Part shown: in pieces, positions 48,334 through 56,850 of the stretch | Position numbering within the stretch: the first letter of the stretch is position 1 | How the letters are laid out: every line of letters starts with the position of its first letter | NCBI GenBank assembly: GCA_001773215.1 | Contig: MEWB01000001.1 | Span: forward strand, 151,108 to 215,107 | DNA: 64,000 nucleotides | Direction of reading: 5' to 3' | Source: a candidate division WWE3 bacterium RIFOXYC1_FULL_40_10 | GTDB lineage: Bacteria > Patescibacteriota > WWE3 > UBA101185 > UBA10185 | Translations under genes and position numbers: made by a program | Notes under the pieces: model-generated | The model's input: the letters and a program-made list of their open reading frames with translations, nothing else | The model's database searches: none | Told to the model about the DNA's origin: nothing

Positions 48334-48675
48334 TCACTTTATCACTAGTCTAAACTTTCCGTCAGGTCCCTTTTCTGTGATTGCCAGTTCCAGGTGAGGT
48401 AAAACTTGAGCGGCTGTATTTTCAGTCAATCTTACAAGTTTTCCATTTTCCTTGTGTACAATTTCGCAGCAGTTGTTATCGGTTACCTTTACTTTAACTT
48501 TACCGTCTCTGTCGACAAAAACCACCGCTAGGGGTTTATCACAAGCCCAAATCACAAAAGTTCCATATTTGTCGTTTGGTGGTCTGGAGATAACTAGATT
48601 CGGGAGTTCGCTCCGGATAGTTACCACATCTAAAGGTTGACCTGCTTTTCCAATATAAGGCATTGCCAGTCCCAT
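48334..48675 (-). CDS. Hypothetical protein
   Basis: 113 aa, SD AAGGAG, followed by a hairpin at about 48286-48320. Confidence 0.55.
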   Translation of the reverse strand: MGLAMPYIGKAGQPLDVVTIRSELPNLVISRPPNDKYGTFVIWACDKPLAVVFVDRDGKVKVKVTDNNCCEIVHKENGKLVRLTENTAAQVLPHLELAITEKGPDGKFRLVIK

Positions 48676-48676
48676 G

Positions 48677-48967
48677 TTAGGCTCCTTTTATACAAGTCCG
48701 TCTTGAGATACCCGTAGCCTTTCTTATCAGCCTTGCGTGTGTTTTACAAAGAGGTACAGGTGTGCCTCCTGTAGTTCTGCACGATGGCAGGTTATACCTC
48801 TTCTCAGCAGGGTAAGGGCAGAAACAAATATCTGAAGGGTGCCCAAGGCATCTTCCATTGCCTCCGGGAGGATTGCTCTTTGGATCCTGTACCCAAGCTA
48901 AGTATTTTAGAAATTCATCCCACAGTGAGTCATCAACAGCATTCGGTTTTACAGGGGTCAGGTTCAT
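48677..48967 (-). CDS. Cys/His-rich hypothetical protein
   Basis: 96 aa; CLGH..CFC..C..LCKTH; SD AAGGAG. Confidence 0.5.
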   Translation of the reverse strand: MNLTPVKPNAVDDSLWDEFLKYLAWVQDPKSNPPGGNGRCLGHPSDICFCPYPAEKRYNLPSCRTTGGTPVPLCKTHARLIRKATGISRRTCIKGA

Positions 48968-49045
48968 GTCAGTCTCCTTTTCTGCTTATTTTCCCCAGTA
49001 TTATCTCATGTTTATCACACTTTTGCAGGATGCTATCATATATTT

Positions 49046-49849
49046 ATGCATTTCTTTAGGGTATATCTTAAAGTAATTAAGTTGGGTTGGGAGCGGGTGT
49101 TATTGTTCAGGATGAATTTCTTGATGGAGCAGCTCAGGAGCCTTATCCTTATGTTTTCTCTTTATTACTTATATGCTTCCCTTTTTCGCACTCAAGGCAA
49201 TTTGTTTGGCTTTGACAGTGTAAAAATTTCTACTTATATAATTCTATCAAGCATTGTTGCCAATTTTGTTTTTAATTACCAAATGCATGCACTTGCAGAT
49301 TCCATTGCCGACGGCAAGATAAATTCCCTGCTTCTTAAGCCTATTAGTATTTTTTGGTATCACCTGGCTCGGGGAGTTGGTGAGCGAATAATTGAACTTG
49401 GTACTTCTTTTGTCACAGTAGCTCTCTTTTTGATTATTACGCGAGCCCCGTTTTTTTTACAACACTCCCCTACTCTATTCGTATGTTTCGTTCTTTTGCT
49501 GATGTTAGCAACAGCTCTTTTTGCAGTTATGGAGTCTACGGTTGGCTTATTGGCTTTTTGGTTGCTGCGTGCCCATGGTCCGAGATTTTTGTTTCAAACA
49601 TTTTTGGAGGTTCTAAGCGGCAAGTTCTTCCCGCTCACAATATTTCCTGCTTTTTTTGTACAGATTCTAAAGTTTCTGCCTTTTGGCTATGTTTTGTATT
49701 TTCCGATTTCAGTTTACTTTGGATTGGCTACCCCAAAAGAGATAGGTTCGACATTTGGGATTACTATTTTGTGGATCAGTACGATGAGTCTTTTATACGT
49801 CTATATATTAAAAAGAGGGCTTAAAGTTTATGGAGCCTATGGAAGTTAG
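49046..49849 (+). CDS. ABC-2 family permease
   Basis: IADGKINSLLLKPIS, LSGKFFPL, LPFGY..FP, YGAYGS. Confidence 0.88.
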   Translation: MHFFRVYLKVIKLGWERVLLFRMNFLMEQLRSLILMFSLYYLYASLFRTQGNLFGFDSVKISTYIILSSIVANFVFNYQMHALADSIADGKINSLLLKPISIFWYHLARGVGERIIELGTSFVTVALFLIITRAPFFLQHSPTLFVCFVLLLMLATALFAVMESTVGLLAFWLLRAHGPRFLFQTFLEVLSGKFFPLTIFPAFFVQILKFLPFGYVLYFPISVYFGLATPKEIGSTFGITILWISTMSLLYVYILKRGLKVYGAYGS

Positions 49850-49852
49850 CGT

Positions 49853-50650
49853 ATGCGTGTAACACTCAAAAAGTATTTAAAGGTTTATAAGATATTTGGG
49901 TCAAACGTTTTGAGCAGCCTTTTTGCTTCGAGCCTTGATTTTTTGCTATTGCTTATCGGAAAACTGGTAATATTCTATATCCTTATGTTTTGGGTAAATT
50001 CAATGTTTAGGCACGTTAGCGACCTAAATGGCTATTCGCGGGATCAAGTAATAGTATTTTTCGCTGTATCCTTTTTAATGGATAAGCTTATTCAGGTGTT
50101 TTTCTATCGCGGGTTTCAGCTGTTACCTGGTTGGATAAATGAAGGTGACTTTGACCGTTTATTATTACTCCCCGCTAATTCGTTGTTTTTGTCGGCTTTT
50201 AGGATTACTGATTGGAATGATATTCTTGTCATGATTCCCATATTATTTGTTTTGGTTTCCAAGTTATTTACTGTTGGGGGTTTTAGTTTACTTAGCATGC
50301 CGATTTTTTTGATGTTTGTATTTTTGGGACTTAGTGTGGCCTTTTGTTTTTTCACAATTGTGTCGTCATTAGCATTTAGGTTTATCAAAATCGAGGCTAT
50401 TATGCGAATATATCGAGACTTTATGTATCTAGCCAAGTTTCCTCCCGAGGTGTTTTCCTTGGGTTGGACTGTACTTTTGACATCAGTTGTTCCGATTTTT
50501 ATCATTGTATCGTTGCCAGCTAAGGCTGTACTAGGATTATTGACCTGGCCGTGGGTTTGCACGGGTTTTGGCTCGTTGGCAATGTTGTTTGTGGTGGCAA
50601 TCAAAGCTTGGAAATGGGGATTACATGGGTACAGTAGTGTTGGGAGTTAA
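49853..50650 (+). CDS. ABC-2 family permease
   Basis: EGDFDRLLLLP, KFPPEVF, GYSSVGS. Confidence 0.88.
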   Translation: MRVTLKKYLKVYKIFGSNVLSSLFASSLDFLLLLIGKLVIFYILMFWVNSMFRHVSDLNGYSRDQVIVFFAVSFLMDKLIQVFFYRGFQLLPGWINEGDFDRLLLLPANSLFLSAFRITDWNDILVMIPILFVLVSKLFTVGGFSLLSMPIFLMFVFLGLSVAFCFFTIVSSLAFRFIKIEAIMRIYRDFMYLAKFPPEVFSLGWTVLLTSVVPIFIIVSLPAKAVLGLLTWPWVCTGFGSLAMLFVVAIKAWKWGLHGYSSVGS

Positions 50651-50713
50651 GTCCCCATATGATATACTATCGGACAAGATTGAAGACAGGACGAAATCAT
50701 AACAAAGGAGATT

Positions 50714-51157
50714 TTGGAAATGGATACTTACACAGTGATTTTTTCAAGCTTGTTGTGGCTGGTTATAGTTGTACCAGTGTTGTATCTCTTTACTACTGTT
50801 GGAAAGGGTGTCGTTACCGATTTAATTCGTGAGCGGACCCGGAAAACGCACTTTGCATTTTATGTCCGAGCCAGGTTTAGTCTTGGTGGTTTAACTAGAA
50901 AAGTTGTATTTGTACCCATACGAGATTTAGAACCATTTCCCGGCGAACTCACGGTTTATAAACAACGTAATCTGGACGCAAAATTTTATACGGTCACGGC
51001 CTCAAAAGTGAAGAAAGGTGTCTGGTGGGTTAGCCTGCTAGATGAGAGTGGACTCGGGATGGGTGGATATAAGCTGTACTTAATCGACGGCACGCCGGGA
51101 TGCGTAGACATGTTTGCCCAGGGCGAGGTTTTTGTGATGAGGTTGGACCAGAGTTAG
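50714..51157 (+). CDS. Membrane-anchored hypothetical protein (paralog 1)
   Basis: N-terminal TM; VFVP..FY.V..KKG.W..GY..DG..G. Confidence 0.6.
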   Translation: MEMDTYTVIFSSLLWLVIVVPVLYLFTTVGKGVVTDLIRERTRKTHFAFYVRARFSLGGLTRKVVFVPIRDLEPFPGELTVYKQRNLDAKFYTVTASKVKKGVWWVSLLDESGLGMGGYKLYLIDGTPGCVDMFAQGEVFVMRLDQS

Positions 51158-51173
51158 GTGAAGGAGTTGGAAA

Positions 51174-51527
51174 ATGAATGAGATAGCTATCGCTGGTGTT
51201 GTTAGTGCACTTTTGGTAACCGGTGCTTTTCTTTTGTGGGGAGTGTACAGGAAGTACTTTATTTGTAAAACCTCCAAGGGGCTGGTTCTTGTGCCAAAAA
51301 ATGAAACTGAGAAACTGGCTGGTAAATCCGAGCACCCTCGTGAAGTCTTGTTGGCGAATAGCTGCTACATTGTGATTAAGCCCGGATATAAGAGAGGTCA
51401 TTGGATTGGCAGGATTGTAGATATGGATGATCCGAAGAAGAGCTTTGCTACCGGGTACTTAGCCAACTACGAAGGGAAAGTTGGAATTAAGAGCATGCAA
51501 AGCTTCTACGCTTTTCCTACCTTCTAG
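51174..51527 (+). CDS. Membrane-anchored hypothetical protein (paralog 2)
   Basis: N-terminal TM; VLVP..CYIV..KRG.W..GY..EG..G. Confidence 0.6.
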   Translation: MNEIAIAGVVSALLVTGAFLLWGVYRKYFICKTSKGLVLVPKNETEKLAGKSEHPREVLLANSCYIVIKPGYKRGHWIGRIVDMDDPKKSFATGYLANYEGKVGIKSMQSFYAFPTF

Positions 51528-51553
51528 GGCCCAGTAGTTAGGTGAGATCTTTT

Positions 51554-51588
51554 ATCCCCGGTATTTCTTTATGCCGGGGATTTTCTTG
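51554..51588 (+). terminator. Intrinsic terminator
   Basis: ATCCCCGGTA...TGCCGGGGAT followed by TTTCTT. Confidence 0.7.
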
Positions 51589-51602
51589 TTATACTTAATG
51601 CG

Positions 51603-52394
51603 ATGCAGGCAGCGCGAAAATATTTCTCAGTATTAAAAACCGGAGTGCTTAACCAAGCTTCCTATCGAACCCGCTTTTTCGGCAATACCCTTGGAAACAT
51701 CGCTTATTTAGTTGTGTATCTTTTTTTATGGAAATACGTTTTTTCCTCCCAAAGTACAATTCAAGGCTACACACTCGGTGCCATGATGACATATTATGTC
51801 CTAACCTTTTTGTTGAAAAGTTTTACAAACAACAATGGGATCTCTTGGGTCTTATCCGATCATATTCGAGACGGAACTTTATCAAACCTTTTACTAAAGC
51901 CAATTAGCTACAACCTTTATATGTTCCTCAATAGCTTTGCTTCACAGATGTTAGCTGTAATTTTCCCTATTATTTTTATGATAGCAGCTACAGTTTTATA
52001 TAGTGATACGATAAAATCCCCTACCAATCCGGGTATATTTATCTTGGTAGTACTTCTATCTACTATGTTAAACCACCTCATTTTTTCACTTATTGGGCTA
52101 ATTAGTTTTTGGACAATAAAAAGTTGGGGAATATTAAGCTTGTTTGGTCGTTTTGCAGATATCCTAAACGGTTCGATTTTCCCGTTAGATTTTTTACCGG
52201 GATGGGCGATTGGAGTGTTAAACTACCTTCCCTTTAAATACATGATGTTTGTGCCTGTATCAGTGTATTTGGGCCGCTTGGAAATGTCGCCGGCTTTGAT
52301 TTTAATTCAACTTGCATGGATTGCCGGTTTACTCGCTTTGTACTTATTTCTGTGGCCTAAAGCTATGAAAAACTATGAAGCTGTTGGAAATTAA
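51603..52394 (+). CDS. ABC-2 family permease
   Basis: IRDGTLSNLLLKPIS, GSIFPLDFLP, LPFKY, YEAVGN. Confidence 0.9.
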   Translation: MQAARKYFSVLKTGVLNQASYRTRFFGNTLGNIAYLVVYLFLWKYVFSSQSTIQGYTLGAMMTYYVLTFLLKSFTNNNGISWVLSDHIRDGTLSNLLLKPISYNLYMFLNSFASQMLAVIFPIIFMIAATVLYSDTIKSPTNPGIFILVVLLSTMLNHLIFSLIGLISFWTIKSWGILSLFGRFADILNGSIFPLDFLPGWAIGVLNYLPFKYMMFVPVSVYLGRLEMSPALILIQLAWIAGLLALYLFLWPKAMKNYEAVGN

Positions 52395-53184
52395 GCGATA
52401 TTGGAATTTTTTTAAAAAGATTTTCGAGATGCAGGCTATGCAAAACGCCGAGTATCGGGCAGACATGATAATGGTTTTTTTAGCCTCTTGGGGCTATATG
52501 GTTATGAGCCTGGTCTTTTTGTTTGTGTTTTTTGGAAATGTTACAGAAATAGGGGGTTGGAATAAATACGAAACTATTACCTTATTTGCGGTCGGTCAAC
52601 TTGTTTTTTATTTAAATTGGTCGTTTTTTGGAAGTGTGAGTGAAGCTGTTGGTAAGTTTATTCAGGAAGGTTCTTTGGATAGGTTTTTACTCTACCCTCT
52701 TAATGCCCTATATAATATTTCGGTTTGTAGCCCGGATTTTATTGTCACCATTCCTTCTTTTATTTTTACAGGGGCCGTTCTAGTATGGGGATACATTCAT
52801 TTGGAGTCGGAAACAGGGTTGGCCGGTATGATCCTGTGTGTGTTACTAATGATAGTGGGTTGCCTGCAGGTGACTTTTTATAACTTATGCATCAGTTTAT
52901 TGTCTTTTTGGTTAACTGATGTGCGATCAATCCACCGAGTTAGAATTCGACTTCAGGATTTGTATAAATTTCCCCGAGATATTTACCCCCAAGGCTCCAT
53001 AAGGGCAATTTTTACCTATGTGATTCCAATTGCTCTTACAGCCTATGTTCCGGCGTATGTGCTTGTTAAGGGATTTGATTTGTCACTTATCCTAGTATAT
53101 TTGTTTGTTACTGTAATGCTGTTTGGTTTGACACTATTGCTTTGGGGTATGGGGAAAAAAGTTTATTCGAGTGTTAGCAGCTAG
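52375..53184 (+). CDS. ABC-2 family permease
   Basis: EYRAD, EGSLDRFLLYP, KFPRDIY, YSSVSS. Confidence 0.9.
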   Translation: MKLLEIKRYWNFFKKIFEMQAMQNAEYRADMIMVFLASWGYMVMSLVFLFVFFGNVTEIGGWNKYETITLFAVGQLVFYLNWSFFGSVSEAVGKFIQEGSLDRFLLYPLNALYNISVCSPDFIVTIPSFIFTGAVLVWGYIHLESETGLAGMILCVLLMIVGCLQVTFYNLCISLLSFWLTDVRSIHRVRIRLQDLYKFPRDIYPQGSIRAIFTYVIPIALTAYVPAYVLVKGFDLSLILVYLFVTVMLFGLTLLLWGMGKKVYSSVSS

Positions 53185-55601
53185 TATTTGATACCAAACC
53201 ATCCCAACATTGTTTGCCACAACGGTTTTTTAACTTGTTCATCTTTGGTTTGTATGCCTTGAACCTGAGGTTTGAGTTCTTCCTTAGTGTAACTAACTTG
53301 ACGCTGCTCTTCGGGATTGTTTGCCGGTCCGAGAGATTGTGTGGCTATGCCAAGAGATTGTGGGAAAGATGTGGCTGTTGGATCAATATTTAAGTTAAAC
53401 GCCAAAGCACTTTTATTTCCGGCTTTATCTTCCGAGGTTATTAGTATTTCATGTTTTCCAACACCTAAACTAGTTGGATTTAGGTTGAATTCTCCCGTTT
53501 CCTCGTTGACCGTTATTTTTCCGTCCACATTTATATCAAGAATAGCGCTTTTCTCGGTGTGTCCTATAATAGTGGGATTTTGCTCAGTATAGAAATAATC
53601 CTTGTATATCTCAAAGTTTGGTTCAAAAGTACCAATTTTCGAAATAGAAAGGTTCGGGGGTGTGGTATCCACTTTTATTAGCTGTTCAAACGTATCCGAT
53701 TCATTACCGGCCCGATCTTTTAGTCTTATGTACAATCTCTTCTTTTCGTCCCCAGAAGATAAATGTATCCACATATCGCTGTCGTACTCCTGCCAGTTAG
53801 CATCACTAAAGTCTTGGTGCTGAGCTATCTTAATATATTTCGCTTTTGTGGTATTGTTTGATGTATCAAAGTAAAGCTTTATTCTGTGTTGGTTAGTATA
53901 AATTGTAGTATCCCCCACTTCATACCTATCTTGCTTATTTAGTCCCAGTTCCAGTTCCGAATCTAATTTATTAGGATAGAGGGCGAATAAGTTGGTAGGC
54001 ATATAAACGGTATTCTGGTCATAAGATCTGACATAGATTGTTCCTATGTTATCCCCTAGCGAAGAAACATCGCATGTAAATTTTTCGGTTCCCGAATCGA
54101 AAGTTCCATCGTCAGCAGTACAGGCAGTCCACGCACCGTACGTAGTGTTTGACGTATTCCACTGAATTCCTGAAACGGTAAAAGCCACATTTGTATCAGT
54201 TGCTGTTCCGGTTAATCTACCTGTTTCTATAACATCATTATTACTCAAATCTATTGTAGGGGTACCGTGAGTTACACTGTATAGATAGAGTTTCGCTTTA
54301 GACGCCCCAGCCGAATACCCATACGCAACGACGCCAAAATCGCCCCAGCCATCGCCTTCAAAATCCCCAACATCGATTGGTATTGAGTATCTATCTAGAT
54401 TAGATTGTCCCAAGTTTGTCCAAAAGGGAGATGCCGGAGAAGATGTTCCCCCTTGATATAGATATACTTTCCCTTTGCGGGCGTTAGAAGCATAACCCCA
54501 GGCTCCTATAAGCATTTCGCCATACCCATCGTTATCTAGATCTCCGATTCCTAAGGCATGTCGGCCATAGCCATCAGCGGCATTTTCTTGGGTGTAGGTG
54601 CGTTCGAGTGTGGAAAGATCAGTTGATTTGTAAAGCCTAAATGAGGTTTCGCCTGTTCCTGTGGCAAGTATTCCGTCTGTGCCGTGGCCAAAAAAGTCTC
54701 TTGCCTTATTAACAAGCCAGGTATATATAGCCCCCGCAGAAGGGCCAAAATACCTAGCATCCCTTGATAGCACCCCTGACGAGTTCCCATAAAAAACTCC
54801 CAATGCACCCGCATTTGAATACAAGGTACCGTCATAAGGTTGGCCAATAACTATGTCAGGGTACGCGTCTTCGTTGGCATTAGTTATCTGTAACTCCCCG
54901 TAGGAACCACTAAAGCTACCTACCTCTGGAAAAACATAGGTTGACGAAGGAGATTGGAAATTTTGAATAGGCCCTAGGTATAAAGATAATCTTCCCGTAA
55001 GGGTTGGGTTTGTATAGCTTCTAGAAAAACCAATTATATCGAGATTGCCATCCATGTTGAAGTCGAGCACTTTGTTTGCATAACCTAAGCTATCCATCTT
55101 GCCAAACTCCCCCTGCAGTATTGCGTCTATGCCATTCAAAAGGCTGTCTCCGCCATAGTATATCTCTATTCTTCCCTGAGCTCCGGTGGTCTGATTTCCG
55201 TACCAAGGATTGCCCACAATAAGATCATCTACGCCATCCTTATTTAGATCTCCCTTATCTATTTCGTATCCCATGTTAAAGTCCCCAAGAACTCCTGTGA
55301 CTGTTGCCGTAGGAGAAGTGGCTAGTGTACCGTTTGAGGAAGTTTGGAAATAGTATAGCTTTCCCCTGTTACTACTTGCTGTGGGGTCGGCTAGTACAAA
55401 GTCTATATAGCCATCCCCATTGAAGTCCCCCGCTATGTCGTAGGAAATATACCAGCTAAAATTGGATCCGGCAGATGGTAATAAAGGCCCTGCAGACTGT
55501 TTGAGTTCAATACTTGGAGTTGCCAAAGAGTTAGTATTTACCAGAAAAATGGCAAGAACAGCTACAACACATTTAAGACAGGGTTTTAAATTACACTTCA
55601 C
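53181..55601 (-). CDS. Secreted FG-GAP/integrin-alpha beta-propeller protein with Ig-like domains
   Basis: Signal peptide; GDFNGDGYID, GDLNKDGVDD, GDLDNDGYGE; DRAGN, DTTPP, DKAGN. Confidence 0.88.
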   Translation of the reverse strand: MKCNLKPCLKCVVAVLAIFLVNTNSLATPSIELKQSAGPLLPSAGSNFSWYISYDIAGDFNGDGYIDFVLADPTASSNRGKLYYFQTSSNGTLATSPTATVTGVLGDFNMGYEIDKGDLNKDGVDDLIVGNPWYGNQTTGAQGRIEIYYGGDSLLNGIDAILQGEFGKMDSLGYANKVLDFNMDGNLDIIGFSRSYTNPTLTGRLSLYLGPIQNFQSPSSTYVFPEVGSFSGSYGELQITNANEDAYPDIVIGQPYDGTLYSNAGALGVFYGNSSGVLSRDARYFGPSAGAIYTWLVNKARDFFGHGTDGILATGTGETSFRLYKSTDLSTLERTYTQENAADGYGRHALGIGDLDNDGYGEMLIGAWGYASNARKGKVYLYQGGTSSPASPFWTNLGQSNLDRYSIPIDVGDFEGDGWGDFGVVAYGYSAGASKAKLYLYSVTHGTPTIDLSNNDVIETGRLTGTATDTNVAFTVSGIQWNTSNTTYGAWTACTADDGTFDSGTEKFTCDVSSLGDNIGTIYVRSYDQNTVYMPTNLFALYPNKLDSELELGLNKQDRYEVGDTTIYTNQHRIKLYFDTSNNTTKAKYIKIAQHQDFSDANWQEYDSDMWIHLSSGDEKKRLYIRLKDRAGNESDTFEQLIKVDTTPPNLSISKIGTFEPNFEIYKDYFYTEQNPTIIGHTEKSAILDINVDGKITVNEETGEFNLNPTSLGVGKHEILITSEDKAGNKSALAFNLNIDPTATSFPQSLGIATQSLGPANNPEEQRQVSYTKEELKPQVQGIQTKDEQVKKPLWQTMLGWFGIKY

Positions 55602-55636
55602 ATAGATAATTTTATAGTACTATCGCACCTCATGGA

Positions 55637-55831
55637 AGGGTCTCGCCTAGCTATCAGGTCTATACTGGCCTAATTTGGCAATTCAGATCTTGTAAATTCG
55701 GTACACTCAGCTACGTTATAGTGTATTCACCCACCTAAGAGCAAAATCCCATGGCCAAAATTAGTGCGAATTTTTTGCGATCCTATGTGACAACAAGTGT
55801 GAGGCAAGACCTGATAGCTAGGCGAGACCCT
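55637..55831. repeat. 25-bp perfect inverted repeat flanking 145 bp
   Basis: AGGGTCTCGCCTAGCTATCAGGTCT (55637-55661) and its reverse complement (55807-55831). Confidence 0.9.
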
Positions 55832-55854
55832 GTGCGGTGTAGTATCATTTACAT

Positions 55855-56844
55855 ATGTCTACCACAATAAAAGTTTCTAATCTAACCAAAAACTTCAAAA
55901 CATATAAAAAACAGCCTGGGCTAGCAGGAAGCTTTAAAGCACTGTTCAAGCGTGAGTATAAAACTATATCCGCTGTTAAAAGCCTAAATTTAGAAATTGC
56001 TCAAGGCGAGCTAGTAGGTTTTATCGGCCCAAATGGTGCGGGTAAAACTACCACACTAAAAATGCTTTCAGGGCTTCTCTACCCTTCTTCTGGAGCCGCA
56101 CAGGTTTTGGGATTTACGCCATTTGATCGAAAAAACGAATTCTTAAAGCAAATAAGCCTTGTAATGGGCCAAAAAAACCAACTGTGGTGGGATTTACCTG
56201 CAATTGAAACTTTCAACTTAAATAAAGAGATCTACGAAATTAATGATAAAGATTACAAAGAAACATTAGAAGAGCTCACTGAGCTTTTAGATGTGAAAGA
56301 AGTAATGCATCAACAAGTACGCAAAATGAGCCTTGGTCAGCGCATGAAGTGTGAGTTAATAGCTTCCCTACTCCACCGCCCCAAAGTGTTGTTTTTAGAT
56401 GAACCCACAATTGGCCTTGATGTAGTTATGCAAAAAAAGGTTCGAGAGTTTATAAAAGAATACAATAAGAAGTATAACTCTACGGTGATCTTGACCTCTC
56501 ATTATATGGATGATGTAAAGGAAATTTGTGATCGCGTAATTATAATAAATGAGGGAACTTTAGCTTTTGACGGGGCTTTAAAGCAGTTAACAAAGGATTA
56601 TGCCGACTACAAGATTTTGATACCTATTTTCAATTCGGCTGTAACAAAACCTGAGCTAGAGGAGCTGGGCGAGGTTGTTGAGTTTGATCATCCCAGGGCT
56701 GTTATAAAGGTTCCTAGGGATCGAGTCGCCTCTGTGGCAGGCAGAGTGTTGGAGAAGTACGACGTTGATGATTTAGACATTAACGAGCCTAAACTTGAGG
56801 ATGTGATAAGACAAATTTTTGAGAAGCCGAGTAGTCTGATTTAG
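55855..56844 (+). CDS. ABC transporter ATP-binding protein
   Basis: GPNGAGKTT, MSLGQ, FLDEPTIGLD, TSHYM. Confidence 0.95.
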   Translation: MSTTIKVSNLTKNFKTYKKQPGLAGSFKALFKREYKTISAVKSLNLEIAQGELVGFIGPNGAGKTTTLKMLSGLLYPSSGAAQVLGFTPFDRKNEFLKQISLVMGQKNQLWWDLPAIETFNLNKEIYEINDKDYKETLEELTELLDVKEVMHQQVRKMSLGQRMKCELIASLLHRPKVLFLDEPTIGLDVVMQKKVREFIKEYNKKYNSTVILTSHYMDDVKEICDRVIIINEGTLAFDGALKQLTKDYADYKILIPIFNSAVTKPELEELGEVVEFDHPRAVIKVPRDRVASVAGRVLEKYDVDDLDINEPKLEDVIRQIFEKPSSLI

Positions 56845-56850
56845 ATTGCC

